Positions 1-13,451 are shown, counted from the first letter of the stretch. The stretch: 64,000 nt of DNA from Octopus vulgaris (GCA_951406725.2 OX597839.1:12400001-12464000); one strand, 5' to 3'. Notes: generated by a model not told the origin, from the sequence alone. A program made the numbers and translations.

Positions 1-60
1 CTGGGCCAACCAAAGCCTTGTGAAGAGATTTGGTAACCAGAGACTGAAAGAAGCTCAACA

Positions 61-114
<54 letters not shown>

Positions 115-383
115 CATACACACAAGTGTGTGTGAGTGTGTGCATGTGTGTGTGTTGTGCCTTCTTTCCTTGACATCACGTGATAGTTGTAAATGATTGT
201 CACTGTCATACAGGTTGTGTCATTCATTTCCAATATCATGTCAGGCCATGGGGAAATATGACCTTGCTTGGAAATAGGTGAGGGTTGACAACAGGCAGGC
301 AATCTGGCCATAGAAAATCTGCTTCAATAATCTCTGTCCAACCCATGTAAGTATGGAAAAGTGGGCATTAACTGATGATGATG
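1..383 (+). mobile_element. SINE family A body with RTE-LINE-derived 3' tail (5' end cut by window edge)
   Basis: 1-56 matches the SINE A body (gggccaaccaaagccttgtga..gatttggta..actgaaagaagc). 290-383 (gcaatctggccatagaaa..aacccatgtaagtatggaaaagtgggcattaactgatgatgatg) resembles the RTE 3' end at 25430-25570. Confidence 0.7.
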
Positions 384-508
384 ACAAAATCTATTACACC
401 AAACTTAGGTGTAGGCAAAGCTGTGTGTTCAAGAAGTTTGTTTTGCAACCACATGGTTACAAGTTCAATCCCATTGCATGGGATTGAACTGGGAGAAGAA
501 ACCAATTT

Positions 509-557
509 CATCTCTGAAGAACAGTCAACGAACCATGAAATGGTTGATCAGAAGATG
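509..557 (+). ncRNA. Degenerate type-I hammerhead ribozyme motif
   Basis: catct-CTGAAGA-acagt caacga accat-GAAA-tggttga-TC-agaagatg. Stem II reads as CpG-decayed ACGGT/ACCGT. Confidence 0.4.
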
Positions 558-1651
558 CTCTCCCACTTTTGTTCCATACATCAATAGCATAAAATAGTTG
601 TTTATGTTTATATTTATCCCACAGTGAGGCTTTATATTATTTAAATGTATTTTAGGTTGTCAGATATAGGCCATGTTATGCATAAAATAGATATTGTTCA
701 AGTAATCGTTTCTATTACAGATACAAGGCTTGAAATATTTTAGGTAGGGGGTGGTGAGGGCCTAGTCAATTCCACTAACCATTGTGTGTGTGCCTATGTC
801 TACTTGTACAAGTAGGGGAGAAGACTTGTGCATATTTGTAGTCACTACAGGTAAATAACATGCTAACCTGCTGTGACAACAAAGATAAATAATATTTGAA
901 CAATATAGTTGTTTTTAGAAGGGAACAGTTTAACAGCTTAAGTGTAGTAACTTTATATGAACACATTAACAACTTGACTAAAATTGTTGCTTTCCTATCA
1001 CATGATTCTGGGTTCAGTCCCACTGAATGGCACCATAGGCAAGTGCCTTCTACATTAGCTCCAGGTAACCAAAACCTTATGAGTGGATTTGATAGACAGA
1101 GACCGAAAGAAGCCCATTTCGTGTGTGTGTGTTTTTCCCCACCACCACTTGACAGTCTGTGTTGGTTTGTTTACAACCCATTAGCACCTTAGCAAAAGAG
1201 GTTGATAAAATAAGTACTTGACTAAAAAAAAAGTATTGGGATCAATTTGTTCAGCTAAACCCTTCAAGGTAGTGCACCAGAATGGCTGCAGTTAAATGAG
1301 TGGAGCAAGTAACACACAAGGACAAAAGAGACAGTAATTACAAATGAATAGAATAAAGTTTCAATAATTACAGGTGAACGTGATGAGATTTATGTCAGCA
1401 TTCTTTGGAATATGATGAAAGTGAAATTGAAAACAGTCTTCAGCAACACAATAGTGATATATTTTAATTTTGTTTGGTATTAAATTAAATCCCAATTAGA
1501 AATTATGGTCAGTTTGACATCATACTTGCAGTGTTCTCATCATTGTGTTCTAGCATTAAAATCCTTTCTTCCATAGGCACAAGGCTAGCAATTTCAAATT
1601 TTGACACAAAGTCAGCAAGTATGGAGGAAGCAGGAGGTTTAAGAAGATAAC

Positions 1652-2041
1652 GGATCTTTTCGGTTTGAACAGCAGTTTTTTTTAAATAATTTCCACTTAA
1701 CTAAACACTTTTAAACTTCGTATACTGGTAGAATGTGTTTATAAAACATCTTTTTCTCTTGGTTTTATTGAGAAAATTCTATAGTTTGTAAAATATTTGT
1801 TGTTGTTTTTTTCTTCAATTTCTGCAATTTCAACCAATCAATGACGTCTATTGAGGTGAAAACATTCTGTGCCGTATGAATATGTCCCTCATTTCTGAAG
1901 AAAAAAAGATACCTTTCCCCCCACCCCTAACCCTAACCCTAAAACATTGAAATGCAATAGATCGATACTAGGGTCATAATTATGGGTGACAATTTCATAT
2001 GACACCGCTAGAAAAAACTGCTGTTCAAACTGAAAAGTGCC
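1652..2041. mobile_element. Non-autonomous DNA transposon (MITE) with GG..CC termini, ~30-bp TIRs and 8-bp TSD (Merlin-like)
   Basis: TIRs ggatcttttcggtttgaacagcagtttttt / aaaaaactgctgttcaaactgaaaagtgcc. Flanks aagataac / atgataac. Internal (ccctaa)3. It splits a SINE D copy. Confidence 0.75.
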
Positions 2042-2506
2042 ATGATAACATCAATCCCAGTGCTCAGCCAGTACTTATTTTATCGATCCCCCAAAAGGAT
2101 AAAAGGCAAAATTAACCTTGGTGGAATTTGAACATGAAGATGAATGAAATGCCACAAAGCATTTTGCACTACAAGCTAACAATTCTGCCAGCTTACTAGC
2201 TTTTTTCTGGCATTGAAATAAAACTATTTTAGCCACTATCAGGCAGCACCCTCTAACTATAGATAAAGGGAGGTAATGAAGAGGCAATAAAAGATGATAA
2301 TGCAAGGAATATGGCAAGTAAAAAAAAACAAGATTTCAAAATCTCAGTTTTTGACAACATGAAAGTATTATTAATGATGAACTGTAATGAGAGAACTGAT
2401 GTATCCAGCTTCATCAAGCTTCATTACTTCACTGGAATTTTATCAACTCTTGAATGGTGTAAGACTAAGTAAACCTCTGTTAGACAAGAACTTAGAACCT
2501 AGAAAA

Positions 2507-2901
2507 GGAGTGGCTGTGTGGTAAGTAGCTCGCTTACCAACCACATGGTTCCGGGTTCATTCCCACTGCGTGGCACCTTGGGCAAGTGTCTTCTACTATA
2601 GCCTCAGGCCAACCAAAGTCTTGTGAGTGGATTTGGTAGATGGAAACTGGAAGAAGCCCGTCGTATATATGTATGTATATGTATGTGTGTATATGTTTGT
2701 GTGTCTGTGTTTGTCCCCCCACCATTGCTTGACAACCGATGGTGGTGTGTTTACGTCCCCGTAACTTAGCGGTTCAGCAAAAGAGACTGATGGAATAAGT
2801 ACTAGGCTTTCAAAGAATAAGTCCTGGGGTCGATTTACTTGACTAAAAGGCGGTGCTCCAGCATGGCTACAGTCAAATGACTGAAACAAGTAAAAGAGTA
2901 A
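2507..2901 (+). mobile_element. tRNA-derived SINE family A, full length
   Basis: Pol III A-box-like tggctgtgtggtaag, B-box ggttcattccc, CORE-like gcgtggcaccttgggcaagt, internal TA/TG microsatellite, tail gtaaaagagta. Many copies in the window. Confidence 0.9.
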
Positions 2902-3619
2902 ATATAACTAAATACAGCATAGTGTTTTTGGTAAATAACCTGCCCACCGCCAGCCCTGGCTCTATGATACAAACTTGCTGTTTAAAGAAATCTAAATTAA
3001 AACCTTCCATTGAAATTTTATGTTAATTTAAGTTCTGAATACCAGCTTAATAATGATTAAAGTTGTTTTAATAAATTCATTATTTTAAAAATTATCTGAA
3101 ACAAAGGCAGTGCATTTCAACAGAAATATGATAACAAAAGGTTAAATGACTCTGTTATCCACTGTACATCTGTTGATGGAATAGAGAGAGATTTTCTCAC
3201 TCATCATCATTGTCAACATCATCATAACATTTCCAGTTGTTTTACGCAAGTTTCTGCAGCACCACTAAGTGCACCAACGCATTCCTGTTGTAGTATTTTG
3301 TTTGTTTATTTCTAGCGATATTTTAGTATTTCATCTGTTTATTTTGATGAACATGTGTTCTGTGTTTGTGCTGTTATGTGCTAACTGACTTTCATACCTG
3401 TAACATGAGTAGTGCTATAGTATTTGGTAGAGGTTCTATACGGTAAATACAATGCGGATTTGAAAAAAAAAACATGCTTTGTGACATTTGTTCCAAGTTT
3501 TTACATTCCAAGATCAACTTTGCCTTTCGTTTCTCTAAGGTCAAATAAAAATAAGGTAACTGTTAAGGACTGGGCTTGATTTAGTCAACTAACACCTCCC
3601 CACCTTTATGCTTAAATTA

Positions 3620-4740
3620 GAAACAATCGTTTTAGAATTGGCAGAATTGTTAGTGTCTCAGACAAAATATCTTGTGTTATTTGTTCAGGCTCTTTCCATT
3701 CTGAGTTCAAAACACGCTCAGGCCAAGATTGTCTTTCAACTTTCTGGGATTGATAAAATAAAGTATTAGTCAAGTACTGGAGGTGATAAATGAACGACCT
3801 ACTTCCCACGGTATTTAAGAAGGGCATCCAGCTGTAGAAATCAAGCCAAAACAGACTATGGAACCTGGTATGGCCTTTGGACTTGCTAGTCCCTGTCAAG
3901 CTGTTCAACCCATGCAAGCATGAAAAACAGACATATGATGATGATGATGAGTGTTAAGCCGAAGGTGGCAAACTGGCAGAATCATTAGCATGCCAAACAA
4001 AAATGCTTAGCAGCATTTCTTCTGGCTTGACATTCTGAGTTCAAATGCTGACAAAGTAGGCTTTACCCTTCATATTTTTGATATTGATAGAATAAAGTAC
4101 CATTGAGCTCTGGGATCAATGTAATCAACTTCCTTATCCCCTCAATATGGTAGGCTTTGCCTCAAAAATGAAAAAGAATTATTATTGTTAAGTTGTTTGT
4201 CTTTATGTTCTGAGTTCAAATTCTGGTGAAGTCAACTTTGCCTTTCAACCTTCCAAGGGCAATGAAACAAGTACCAGTTTAGCATTGGGGTCAATGTAAT
4301 TGATTAGCACCTTCACCACAAATTTTGGCCCTTGTGCCTATAGTAGAGAGGATTATTATTATTTATTTCTTTACTACCCACAAGGGGCTAAACACAGAGG
4401 GGACAAACAAGGACAGACAAACGGATTAAGTCGATTACATCGACCCCAGTGCATAACTGGTACTTAATTTATCGACCCCGAAAGGATGAAAGGCAAAGTC
4501 GACCTTAGCGGAATTTGAACTCAGAATGTAATGGCAGACGAAATACAGCTACGCATTTCTGCCAGCTCACCGCCTTAAGGATTATTATTATTGTTAAGTT
4601 AAATTTTGAAAAGGTTTAATGGAAAGGTACAGGTGATTAAATTGACCCAGATTGTTAACTGGTACACATTGAAATCACTCCTAAGAGGATGAAGGGAAAA
4701 GTAGACCTAGGGCATATTTGAACTTACAATGTAAAGAACA
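3620..4740. mobile_element. Cluster of SINE family D copies plus an RTE-tail fragment (3815-3950)
   Basis: Repeated motif ggcagaa..ttag..ttctgagttcaaat..gtcaactttgcctttcat..aagtaccag..ctggggtcaatgtaat in both orientations. Confidence 0.8.
4364..4577 (-). mobile_element. Young SINE D copy with 15-bp TSD
   Basis: CpG-rich copy (rc: aaggcggtgagctggcagaa..gagttcaaattccgc..). Flanked by the direct repeat aggattattattatt at 4349-4363 and 4578-4592. Confidence 0.85.
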
Positions 4741-5062
4741 AAGCAAAATCAGGCAAATGTGTTTGCTAATTAGTTTTTAGCTAAGTGCTCCAGTAATTAT
4801 GATGTCAAATACCAACAGTGATGTGATGCTAATGCTAACTGGTAATTAAAAAGTGTAATAAACATTGACAGGTGTGAAGAGACATCCTCACATATAGACA
4901 GACACAAACATACAGATAATAACAACACACATACATTGAACAGCACTTTTGGCATGTGTTTTCATCCACTATAGCTCTGGGCTAACCAAAGCCTTATGGC
5001 TGGATTTGATAAGCAGACACTGAAAGAAGCCCATCATATATACATATATATATATATATATA

Positions 5063-5262
5063 TAGTTAATCCAAACATGAAAACACAAAGAGAAAACATA
5101 ACAATGCGAGGACGTGGAGCAAGTATAGTATTATTGGATGCTCAGGAAAGAAGGAGGGTTTAACGTTTCAAGCAGAGCTCTTCATCAGAAACATAGGAAA
5201 AGGAAAGATCCAAAGAAGGGAAGATGGAGGAAAAAATATCGCCAATGGTACACACGCGGTCA

Positions 5263-5265
<3 letters not shown>
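5063..5265 (-). mobile_element. Short (TA)n-flanked element carrying a hammerhead motif (Penelope pLTR-like / retrozyme-like)
   Basis: About 200-bp unique island between two (TA)n tracts, containing the hammerhead at 5158-5192. Confidence 0.65.
5158..5192 (-). ncRNA. Minimal type-I hammerhead ribozyme
   Basis: rc: GUUU-CUGAUGA-AGAGC UCU GCUU-GAAA-C-GUU/AAAC. Intact core, 4-bp stem I, palindromic AACGUU helix III. Confidence 0.7.
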
Positions 5266-5308
<43 letters not shown>

Positions 5309-7001
5309 TGAGTTGAAGAAACAGAACAATAAAAGAATTATATTCTACAATCAGCAGACACATTTACCCAATCCCAGGCAAAATTAAAATCATCAATGTC
5401 CTCATAATGATTTCATAGCAAAACCCATACATGGACTGAAATTACATTCCTGCATCCATCACAAATAGATGCAGCTTCTCTCATTTATAAACTTATGTTT
5501 TTTTTTTTGCTCTTTTCTTTTTTTAAATTCTCTCCTTCAAACAATCATTGAAATCCATGGGAGTGACCCTCATACATTGTAAGATAAAAGGATAATGTCG
5601 TTAGTAGGTTAGGAAGTTATGAAGGTGAAAGAGGAGGGTGAAATAAAATGAATTAAGATAAAGTAAAGCAAGATAAAATGAGGTATTAGAGTGTTTAACT
5701 TTCATGATAGGTTTAGGGGTATAAAGTTTTAAAGATTCATGGATGTAACTGATTAAGGATACATATGTATGAATGCGTGCACGGTGTGTGTGTGTGTTTG
5801 TTTGTCTGTTTTTGTATTTGTCCCCCACCAGCACTTGACAACCAGTGTTGATTTGTTTATGTTCCCTAGTGGTTTGGTAAAAAGAGGCTGATAGAATGAG
5901 AACCAGACTGTAAATCAATAAGCACTAGGGGTGATTTGATCCACTAAAACCTTTCATGGTGATGCCCCTGTATAGCCACATTCTTGAAACAAGTAAAGGA
6001 TAAAAATATATATACATTCACATGTACACAAACACTTTCATACTTACACACAAACTAACACCTGCCTACATAACGACAAGCATGCATACACACACACACA
6101 CAACTGCATGCACAAGCATATACTAACATATAATGAAAAAGAAGCTTAAATGAAGCTGTTCAAATTGCTAGAAATAACAGCCACATGTCTCTCAAATTAC
6201 ACTGACTATCTTTAAATCTAAAACAACACAGGAATGGCATCTGGTCATAAAATACAGCACCAAGAAGTTATATCTACCCCAAGCCCGCATAAAAAAGAAG
6301 AGTGTAAAAACAATGCCAATGAGGATGTATGTATGTATGTATTGTATGTAAGTGAGTGTGTGTGTGTGTGTGTATATATGTATGTATTCAGTTTTATTTC
6401 AAGATTTCTTGCCAATAGAGAAAGAGCCAATTTCTAACCTAGATCCATGGCTCCTTCATTGGAATTTCATTTAACAACATCAACAGGGTATTTTTGTATG
6501 TATGTATTATATGTGCAGATTTGTATGTTTTGCTTTATGCATGTATTCTCATATATGTATGCGTGTGTGTGTTTGTGCATGAAGTATGTATGTGTGTTTG
6601 TGCATGTAGTGTGTATGCATTTACATATGTATGTATATTGTATCTAGGCACAGACATAGCTGAGTGGTTAGAACTTTACTGCCCATCTACATGGTTCCAT
6701 GTATAGTCCCACTATGTGAAACCTTGGGCAAGTGTCTTTTATTATAGCCCAAGACCAAGCAAAGCTTTGTGTGTGGATTTGGTAGACAGAAACTGGAAGA
6801 AGCCTGTTGTATATGTGTGTGTGTGTGTGTGTGTCACTCTCTCTCTCCTGGTTGTGACATCATGCAGTAGTTGTAAATGAGTGCATCATCATACAAACAG
6901 TATCTCCCATTTCAATCATCCATGAAAATATGTCCAGCCATTGGAAAATATTACCCTTGTTAGAAACAGATGAGGGTTGGTGACAACAAGAGCCATTCAG
7001 A

Positions 7002-7045
<44 letters not shown>

Positions 7046-7781
7046 CACGAAACCACTAAGATGTCTCAGAAACCACTAAGATGTCTCAGAAACCAACTGA
7101 TGACAAAATCAGCTGTGATTGTTCCTTGTATCATGTTTTTGTTTCCCTTTTCTGTCTGTTATGTTTTCACCCAGTTTCCATCTATTTTGCCCTTCTCTGT
7201 TTAACTTTTGAAAAATATATATATATTATATATATATACATACATACACACACACATACACAGAGTAGCAATATATAATTATGCTTCCAGCAGAGTGGAT
7301 TCCATGAAAGTTACCCAAGTAACATGGATGCAATGATGGTGGTGTAAATCTGAAGCAGGGAGTTACTTATGAAGTCTAGAATGTTGATGCAGGCTGAAGG
7401 AAACTTGGTAAATATCAGCCATGTTGCTGAAATACTAACATCAAACTGTGACACTGTGTGACCTTTCTTGACCAATCGCAGGTGAATGTCCGTAATAAAC
7501 ACTGACTCTCTTCAACTGGCCTCTCATTCAAACTCTTATGGTCGAAGATTAGCATCATGCTTAAAACTCAGAGTACCAAGGAGTTTGAATCAATGATCCA
7601 TGTATACATGCATACATACATGCATGCATGCATGCATACATACATACATAGATACATACATACATTCATACATACATACATACATACGTAAATGTTGAAC
7701 AATGAGAATGAGTGCTCAACACCACATTGGTAGATAAAATTTCCCTTAATACACATATATTATACATACATACATACATGC

Positions 7782-7822
<41 letters not shown>

Positions 7823-9044
7823 TACAAACATACACACATGCATAAACACATATATATACGTCATTTATGACATTTATTAAAATCTAGGTATGTCAACTTG
7901 TAGGGCGCCAGGAATGGTTGGATACTTAGTATTGAGCTTACAGCATGTAAAAGCATTACATTTGACAAAGTAATCTGAATGCTAAAAAGTTAATATTTAC
8001 AAACCCAGCAAGAGACAAAACAAAAAGATACAGATAAGTAAATAATGTATTTAGAATAATTAAATAAATTAGGAAATCATTTTTTGGTCCTTCAGCATTC
8101 AGATTACTCTATTAATACTTTTGTAATACTTATTTATTCACACTTTTTAAAATTAATCATGCATTATATTGTGGCTTCTAGATTTCAATGACATGATTGT
8201 TTTGAAGGCCCATATCTGGCCAGTTTTAATAGGTAGAATACTTTGGCCTGATTTGGCAGGATTAATCAATTAGCATTTAAAATGGTCATATCTGGCCCAA
8301 ATATTTTTCCAGTTTTATGTTCATACTGGCCAGATCTGGCCTTTCACACCTACACTATAATGTCACTCTCAAAATAACCAACCGCACCATTAAAACGTCA
8401 AAGCTATGAGATACTGCATAAGTAATTCAAACTAATGTGAATGAATAAGCATTACATTTGACAGAGCAATCTGAATGCTAAAGTATTAAATGTTGAAGTG
8501 TCTTTTATGATTTACAGTCACTGGACTGTGGCCATGCTGGATCACTGCCTTGAAGAGTTTTAGTTGAAGAATTGTCACCAGTTCCAGTTTTTTAAGCTTG
8601 GCATTTATTCTATTGAACTCTTCAATTGAATGAAGGCTAGTAGCATACACTATAATAGCATATACTGTACACTAATAGCATACACTGTAAGAAATGAAAC
8701 CAGTTTGAAATTACATACTTTGATATATTTTTGTAATTATGGACTTCCAAGAGCCTAGTAAGATATTTTGAGATTATTTGATTGTAGCTTGAAATCCATT
8801 AACTTGAAGTGATTTTATTGTAGTAATGTATTTTGGATATGATATTTTGGAATAAATAATAATATCTTGTGAAACCATTGGATTGTGATAATCTGTTTTT
8901 CAATATATATTACTGTATTTTGAAATTATTTGATTGTAATGATATCCTTTGGAATTAATTCATTGCAATATAAAAACAAAAACACATTTTCTTCTTATTT
9001 TTTCATATTTCTAACATTAAAAATATGAGTTTATGTATATTTTT

Positions 9045-9157
9045 ATCAATACTTAGCAGAAGCAAAAGAGTGACTCAAGGGCTGAGAGTGTCATACTTTG
9101 GCACTTATCAAACTCTTGGCCCTTGAGTCACTTTGCAACTTCTATTAAATATTAATA
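9045..9157. repeat. ~110-bp foldback inverted repeat (probable small MITE)
   Basis: agtgactcaagggctgagagt pairs with actcttggcccttgagtcact. Outer arms aatacttagcagaag / cttctattaaatatt. Confidence 0.7.
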
Positions 9158-9164
9158 TATATCC

Positions 9165-9458
9165 CCATGACCACCATGACCGACCAGGCTATCAGATGTT
9201 GCTACACATCGCTGGTCACAATGCGCTTCACACTGTTTTAGCCTTCAAATGACGCCACCCCGCTGGCTAAGCGAGCTGGCCAACAGAAGAAAGAATGAGA
9301 GAAAGTTGTGGCGAAAGAGTACAGCAAGGATCGCCACCACCCACTGCTGGAGCCTCGTGGAGCTTTAGGTGTTTTCGCTCAATAAACACTCACAATGCTC
9401 GGTCTGGGAAGTGAAACCGCGAGTCTGCTGCCCTAACCACTGGGCCATTGCGCCTCCA
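9165..9458 (-). mobile_element. tRNA-derived SINE family B
   Basis: rc head ggcgcaatggcccagtggttagggcagcagactcgcggtttcacttcccagaccg (A/B boxes). Tail tggtcggtcatggtggtcatgg. The tail is also seen at 13452-13560 and 54725-54810. Confidence 0.8.
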
Positions 9459-10674
9459 CATATTTATATATATATATATATATATACACACACATATACA
9501 TGCATACACATATGTGTATACATGTGTGTGTCTATATAAATGTTTAGATTTGGTTATGTGATGGTATAAAAAAATCAGTGTGTTATGGTGGTGTCTATTT
9601 TTATTTCTGTCAACAAATCATCTATTAGCTGTGTACTTTCAAACACAAGTGGTAGGAAATCTGCCTCACTTGAAAAAACATTCAGGAGTTAATAGTGGGT
9701 GGAGCATCTGGCTGTGAAAACAATGTGACAGCAATACATATTTGTCTAATCCATGCTCCGTGAAAAAACAGGTGTAAGATAAAGGAACATTATATATATA
9801 TATACACAGGTATGTTGATGTAAACAGGAAAAATAGAACTCAATATATATATATATATATATTCATGTATGTATATGTATATATGTATATAGGCACTATA
9901 TGGGTGAATGGTTGCTTCCCAAACATAGTCCTGGACTCATTCCTACTGTGTGGCACCTTGGGCAATTGTTTTCAACTATAGCCCTGGGCCACTAAGAGCC
10001 TTGTGAGCAAATTTGGTTTATGGAAATTTTATCATGATCATCATCGTTTAACATCCCTCTTCCATGCATGCATGGGTAGATGGTTGACAGGAGCCGGCCA
10101 GGTAGAAATCTACCAAGGCTACTGTGTCTGTTTTTGCAGGAATTTTACAGTTGGATGCCCTTCCAGATGTCAATCATGTTACAGTATGGACTGGATTCTT
10201 TTAACATAGAACCAGCACTGGCAAGGTAACCAAGTAAATCACAAAACAAGGAATTATGAGGGGCAGGGCATTTGTGTCAGAGGATGAACGTTAGAATGTG
10301 TCAAAGAGACAGAGAGACAGAAGCAGGTGTCTTGCCACAACAGAAGGGGCATTATTATCATTCATATATGTATATATGATATTTATATATATCTATGTGT
10401 GTGTGTGTCTTTGTGTTTTGTCTCTTCCTCACCACCACTTGACAGCTGTTGGCTTGTTTATGCCTCAGTAATTTAGTAGTTTGGCGTAAGTGACTGATAG
10501 AATAAGTATCGGGCTTTAAAAAATCAAATACTGGGGTTGATTTGTTCAACCAAAATCCTTCAAGGTGGTGCTCCAGCATGGCTGCAGTCTAATGACAGAA
10601 ACAATTAAAAGGTAAAAGATAATATATATATACACATACATACATGATAGACACACACACACACACACACCACA

Positions 10675-10712
<38 letters not shown>

Positions 10713-11528
10713 AATCTATATCACCATGGTCATCAAACTTCCATGCTGGTTGAATGGTTCAACAGGGTCCAATGGGTCAGAGGACTGCACCATGCATCAA
10801 TGTCTACTTTAGCAAGATTTCTATGGCTGGATGCCCTTCCTAATGTCAATGTCCTAATGTTGAGTTCCTTTTTGGAGCAGTAATTGTAGTTTTAGTAATG
10901 ATTGTTTTGTAACTTGAAAGACTAGAGTATAAAAGAAAGAGGGGGGGGATTCAGAGTGAAAGGATGAGGGATGCTGAGCAAGAGGAGATGGAGGGAAAGC
11001 ACGGTAGAAAACAGAAAAGAGGGAAGGGATTAGTGATAGGTGTTAGCAAAAAGGAGGGATACTGTTAAAAATGTGATAGGATGGGTTGTGTAAGAGGTGG
11101 TTCTAGGGCTATCTGACATTAAAGAGGTAAATAGGGACAGAAAGCGTGAAAGAAAAGAGGCAGAAAGAGATCAAAAACTAGAGTGGGGAGGAACTTTGAG
11201 AAAGTCATTGAAGGAAAGTGGTGGTCGTGGAGTGGGTCAAAGGTAGAAAGAAATGCTAGAGGGCATCTTAGAGATATAAGGGTTGGTAGAGAAATAAAGG
11301 TAGATAGAAGAGCTGGGTGACAATGAAAGTAACTTGGGAGAGAGTGAAGTGTGAGTGATGAAGAGATGGGAATCTTGGAAGGGAGATGTTATGGTGATGG
11401 TATAGTAAGGGGCTTGGTGGAGAGCAGTACATACATACATTGTTGTGTCTTGAGAGAATCATTACAACAATAATAACAACACACACACAGGTTCAATTCC
11501 ACTTATGTATATATATATATATATATAT

Positions 11529-11775
11529 GAGGAAAACGCCCCCCCCCATCCAATGGACGGTGCTGAGTTGTCAAACATTTAAACCAAATTTTCTCAAAAC
11601 AACTTATCCAACCGTCCCATAGGCCTCACCTGGAATTGATTTTTGTAATTTTTTCAAGACATGCTCTGATACCGTCGGTATCTACTTATCAAATTTGAGC
11701 GTAATCAGATGGAGGATGCCCGAGAACCTAGAAGACACACACACACAGACAGACAGAATGGATTTTATATAATAT
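11529..11775 (-). mobile_element. Probable non-autonomous Helitron-like 5'-end fragment
   Basis: rc begins tatataaaatccattctgtctgtctgtgtgtgtgtgtc..ctcaaatttg, the layout typical of microsatellite-bearing non-autonomous Helitron 5' ends. No 3' CTRR end identified. Confidence 0.4.
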
Positions 11776-12168
11776 ATATATATATATATATACATATTGT
11801 ATAGAGCTTTTATATTTTACCTGTTTCTGTCATAGAATTGCAGCTGTGCTGGGGAACTACTTTGAAGAGTTTAAGTTGAATAAATCAACTTCAGTAATTT
11901 ATTTTTTTAAAGTCCAGCACTTGTTCTATTGGTCACTTATGCTGAGCTACAAATTTATGGGGATGTTAAAGAAACCAACATTGGTTGTCAAGCAGTGGTG
12001 ATGGACATACACAAACATAATCACACACACACATCTATATATCACAGGCTTCTTCCAGTTTCTATCTACCAAATCCACTTACAAGGCTTTGGTTACCCTG
12101 GGACTATAATAGAAGACACTTGCCCAAGGTGTCATACATGGAACTGAACCCAGAACCAAATAGTTGGG

Positions 12169-12213
<45 letters not shown>

Positions 12214-12371
12214 TACATATAATATGTGTGTGTCTGTGTATACATACATACGTATCCATACATGCACACACATATCTCCAGTTTGGTTTATGTTACATGT
12301 CTATCCTCAACTATAGTCATAAATGTTGGGTAATGATTGATTCAGGCTGCTGAAATGAGATTCCTCTAAAT

Positions 12372-12724
12372 TGGTGGTTCTCAACAAGGGTCCATATGGT
12401 CTCTGAGGGTCCATATAATATTTTAGGGGGGTCCAATGCAACAAAATAGTAAATAGGAGATCCACAAAAGTATTTTAAGGGTCCCGGAAAAATTTTTGCT
12501 TTAGATGTATGTATTGGTATGTATTGCAAGAAACAGCTAGGTTCCTTTCTCTCACATTTTACATAGTTCAACCTACTCAAGTTAATATGTGAAAAACGAA
12601 AAGGAATTTTGAAAGCAGTATCTACAAAATTAGTTCCTAAACATCCAATGGCTATGGGGGTCCACCAGAATAAAATAGTCATCAAAGGGATTTATAGATA
12701 AAATAAAATGGTTGAGAACTCCTG
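12372..12724. mobile_element. hAT-type MITE
   Basis: TIRs tggtggttctcaac / gttgagaactcctg (cf. CAGTGGTTCTCAAC of Charlie-like hATs). 8-bp TSD ctctaaat / ctctaaag. Confidence 0.8.
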
Positions 12725-12729
12725 CTCTA

Positions 12730-13082
12730 AAGGATCTCTGGAGTAAAATCATTTAACTGGTCACATAGCTTGGAGATCAAGGTGTCTCTTTAAGTTGAGA
12801 GACTCTTTCTTCACATTGAGAGGCCACAGCTCCAGTACTAAGAACATGTGATTAGAACATTGCATGAATGAATTGCATGATAGATTCATCAAGCTGAGCC
12901 AACTGGTTAATCAAGAATGAGATGGGTAGATGATATCCATAATTTCAGTTGGTCATGCTTTGGAATCCAGCCAGAAGGTGTAATGATGGTTGCTTCTGCT
13001 AGGATCCTATGGTGGAGGTGCCCGAGGGCTCTACAACCATGACCTTCCCACCAGGAATAGTGGGCAGAGGAAATAGTTGGAT
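12730..13082 (+). pseudogene. Decayed RTE-clade LINE 3' end (family also at 51255-51575)
   Basis: Translates in pieces to ..VERLFLHIERPQLQY*EHVIR.. (cf. IERSQLRWFGHV). The 3' part aligns by eye with 51435-51570. Confidence 0.55.
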
Positions 13083-13417
13083 ATATAATAATAATAATAA
13101 CAATCTTTTCTACTATAGGCACAAGGCCTGTAATTTTGGGGAAGGGGACCAGTCGACTAGATCAACCCCAGTACACAACTGGTACTGAATTTATCAACCC
13201 CGAAAGGATGGAAGACAAAGTTGACCCTGGTGGAATTTGAACTCAGAACATAAAGATGGATGAAATGCTGATAAGCATTTTGTTCAGTATGCTGACGATT
13301 GTGCCAGCTTGCCGCCATAATTGACATTGCAGCAATCATTTCATTAGGTGCTTCTTTTATGACATCAGCATAATACAATTAGCTAGATTGGATAATATAT
13401 ATTTCATATATATACAT

Positions 13418-13451
<34 letters not shown>

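Noticed and set aside
1924-1942. (CCCTAA)3 as a chromosome-fusion telomere relic
   Set aside because: Only three units, and internal to a TIR-bounded MITE.
7050-7110. 20-bp tandem duplication gaaaccactaagatgtctca followed by CTGATGA
   Set aside because: A simple local duplication; no stem II or GAAA after the CTGATGA.
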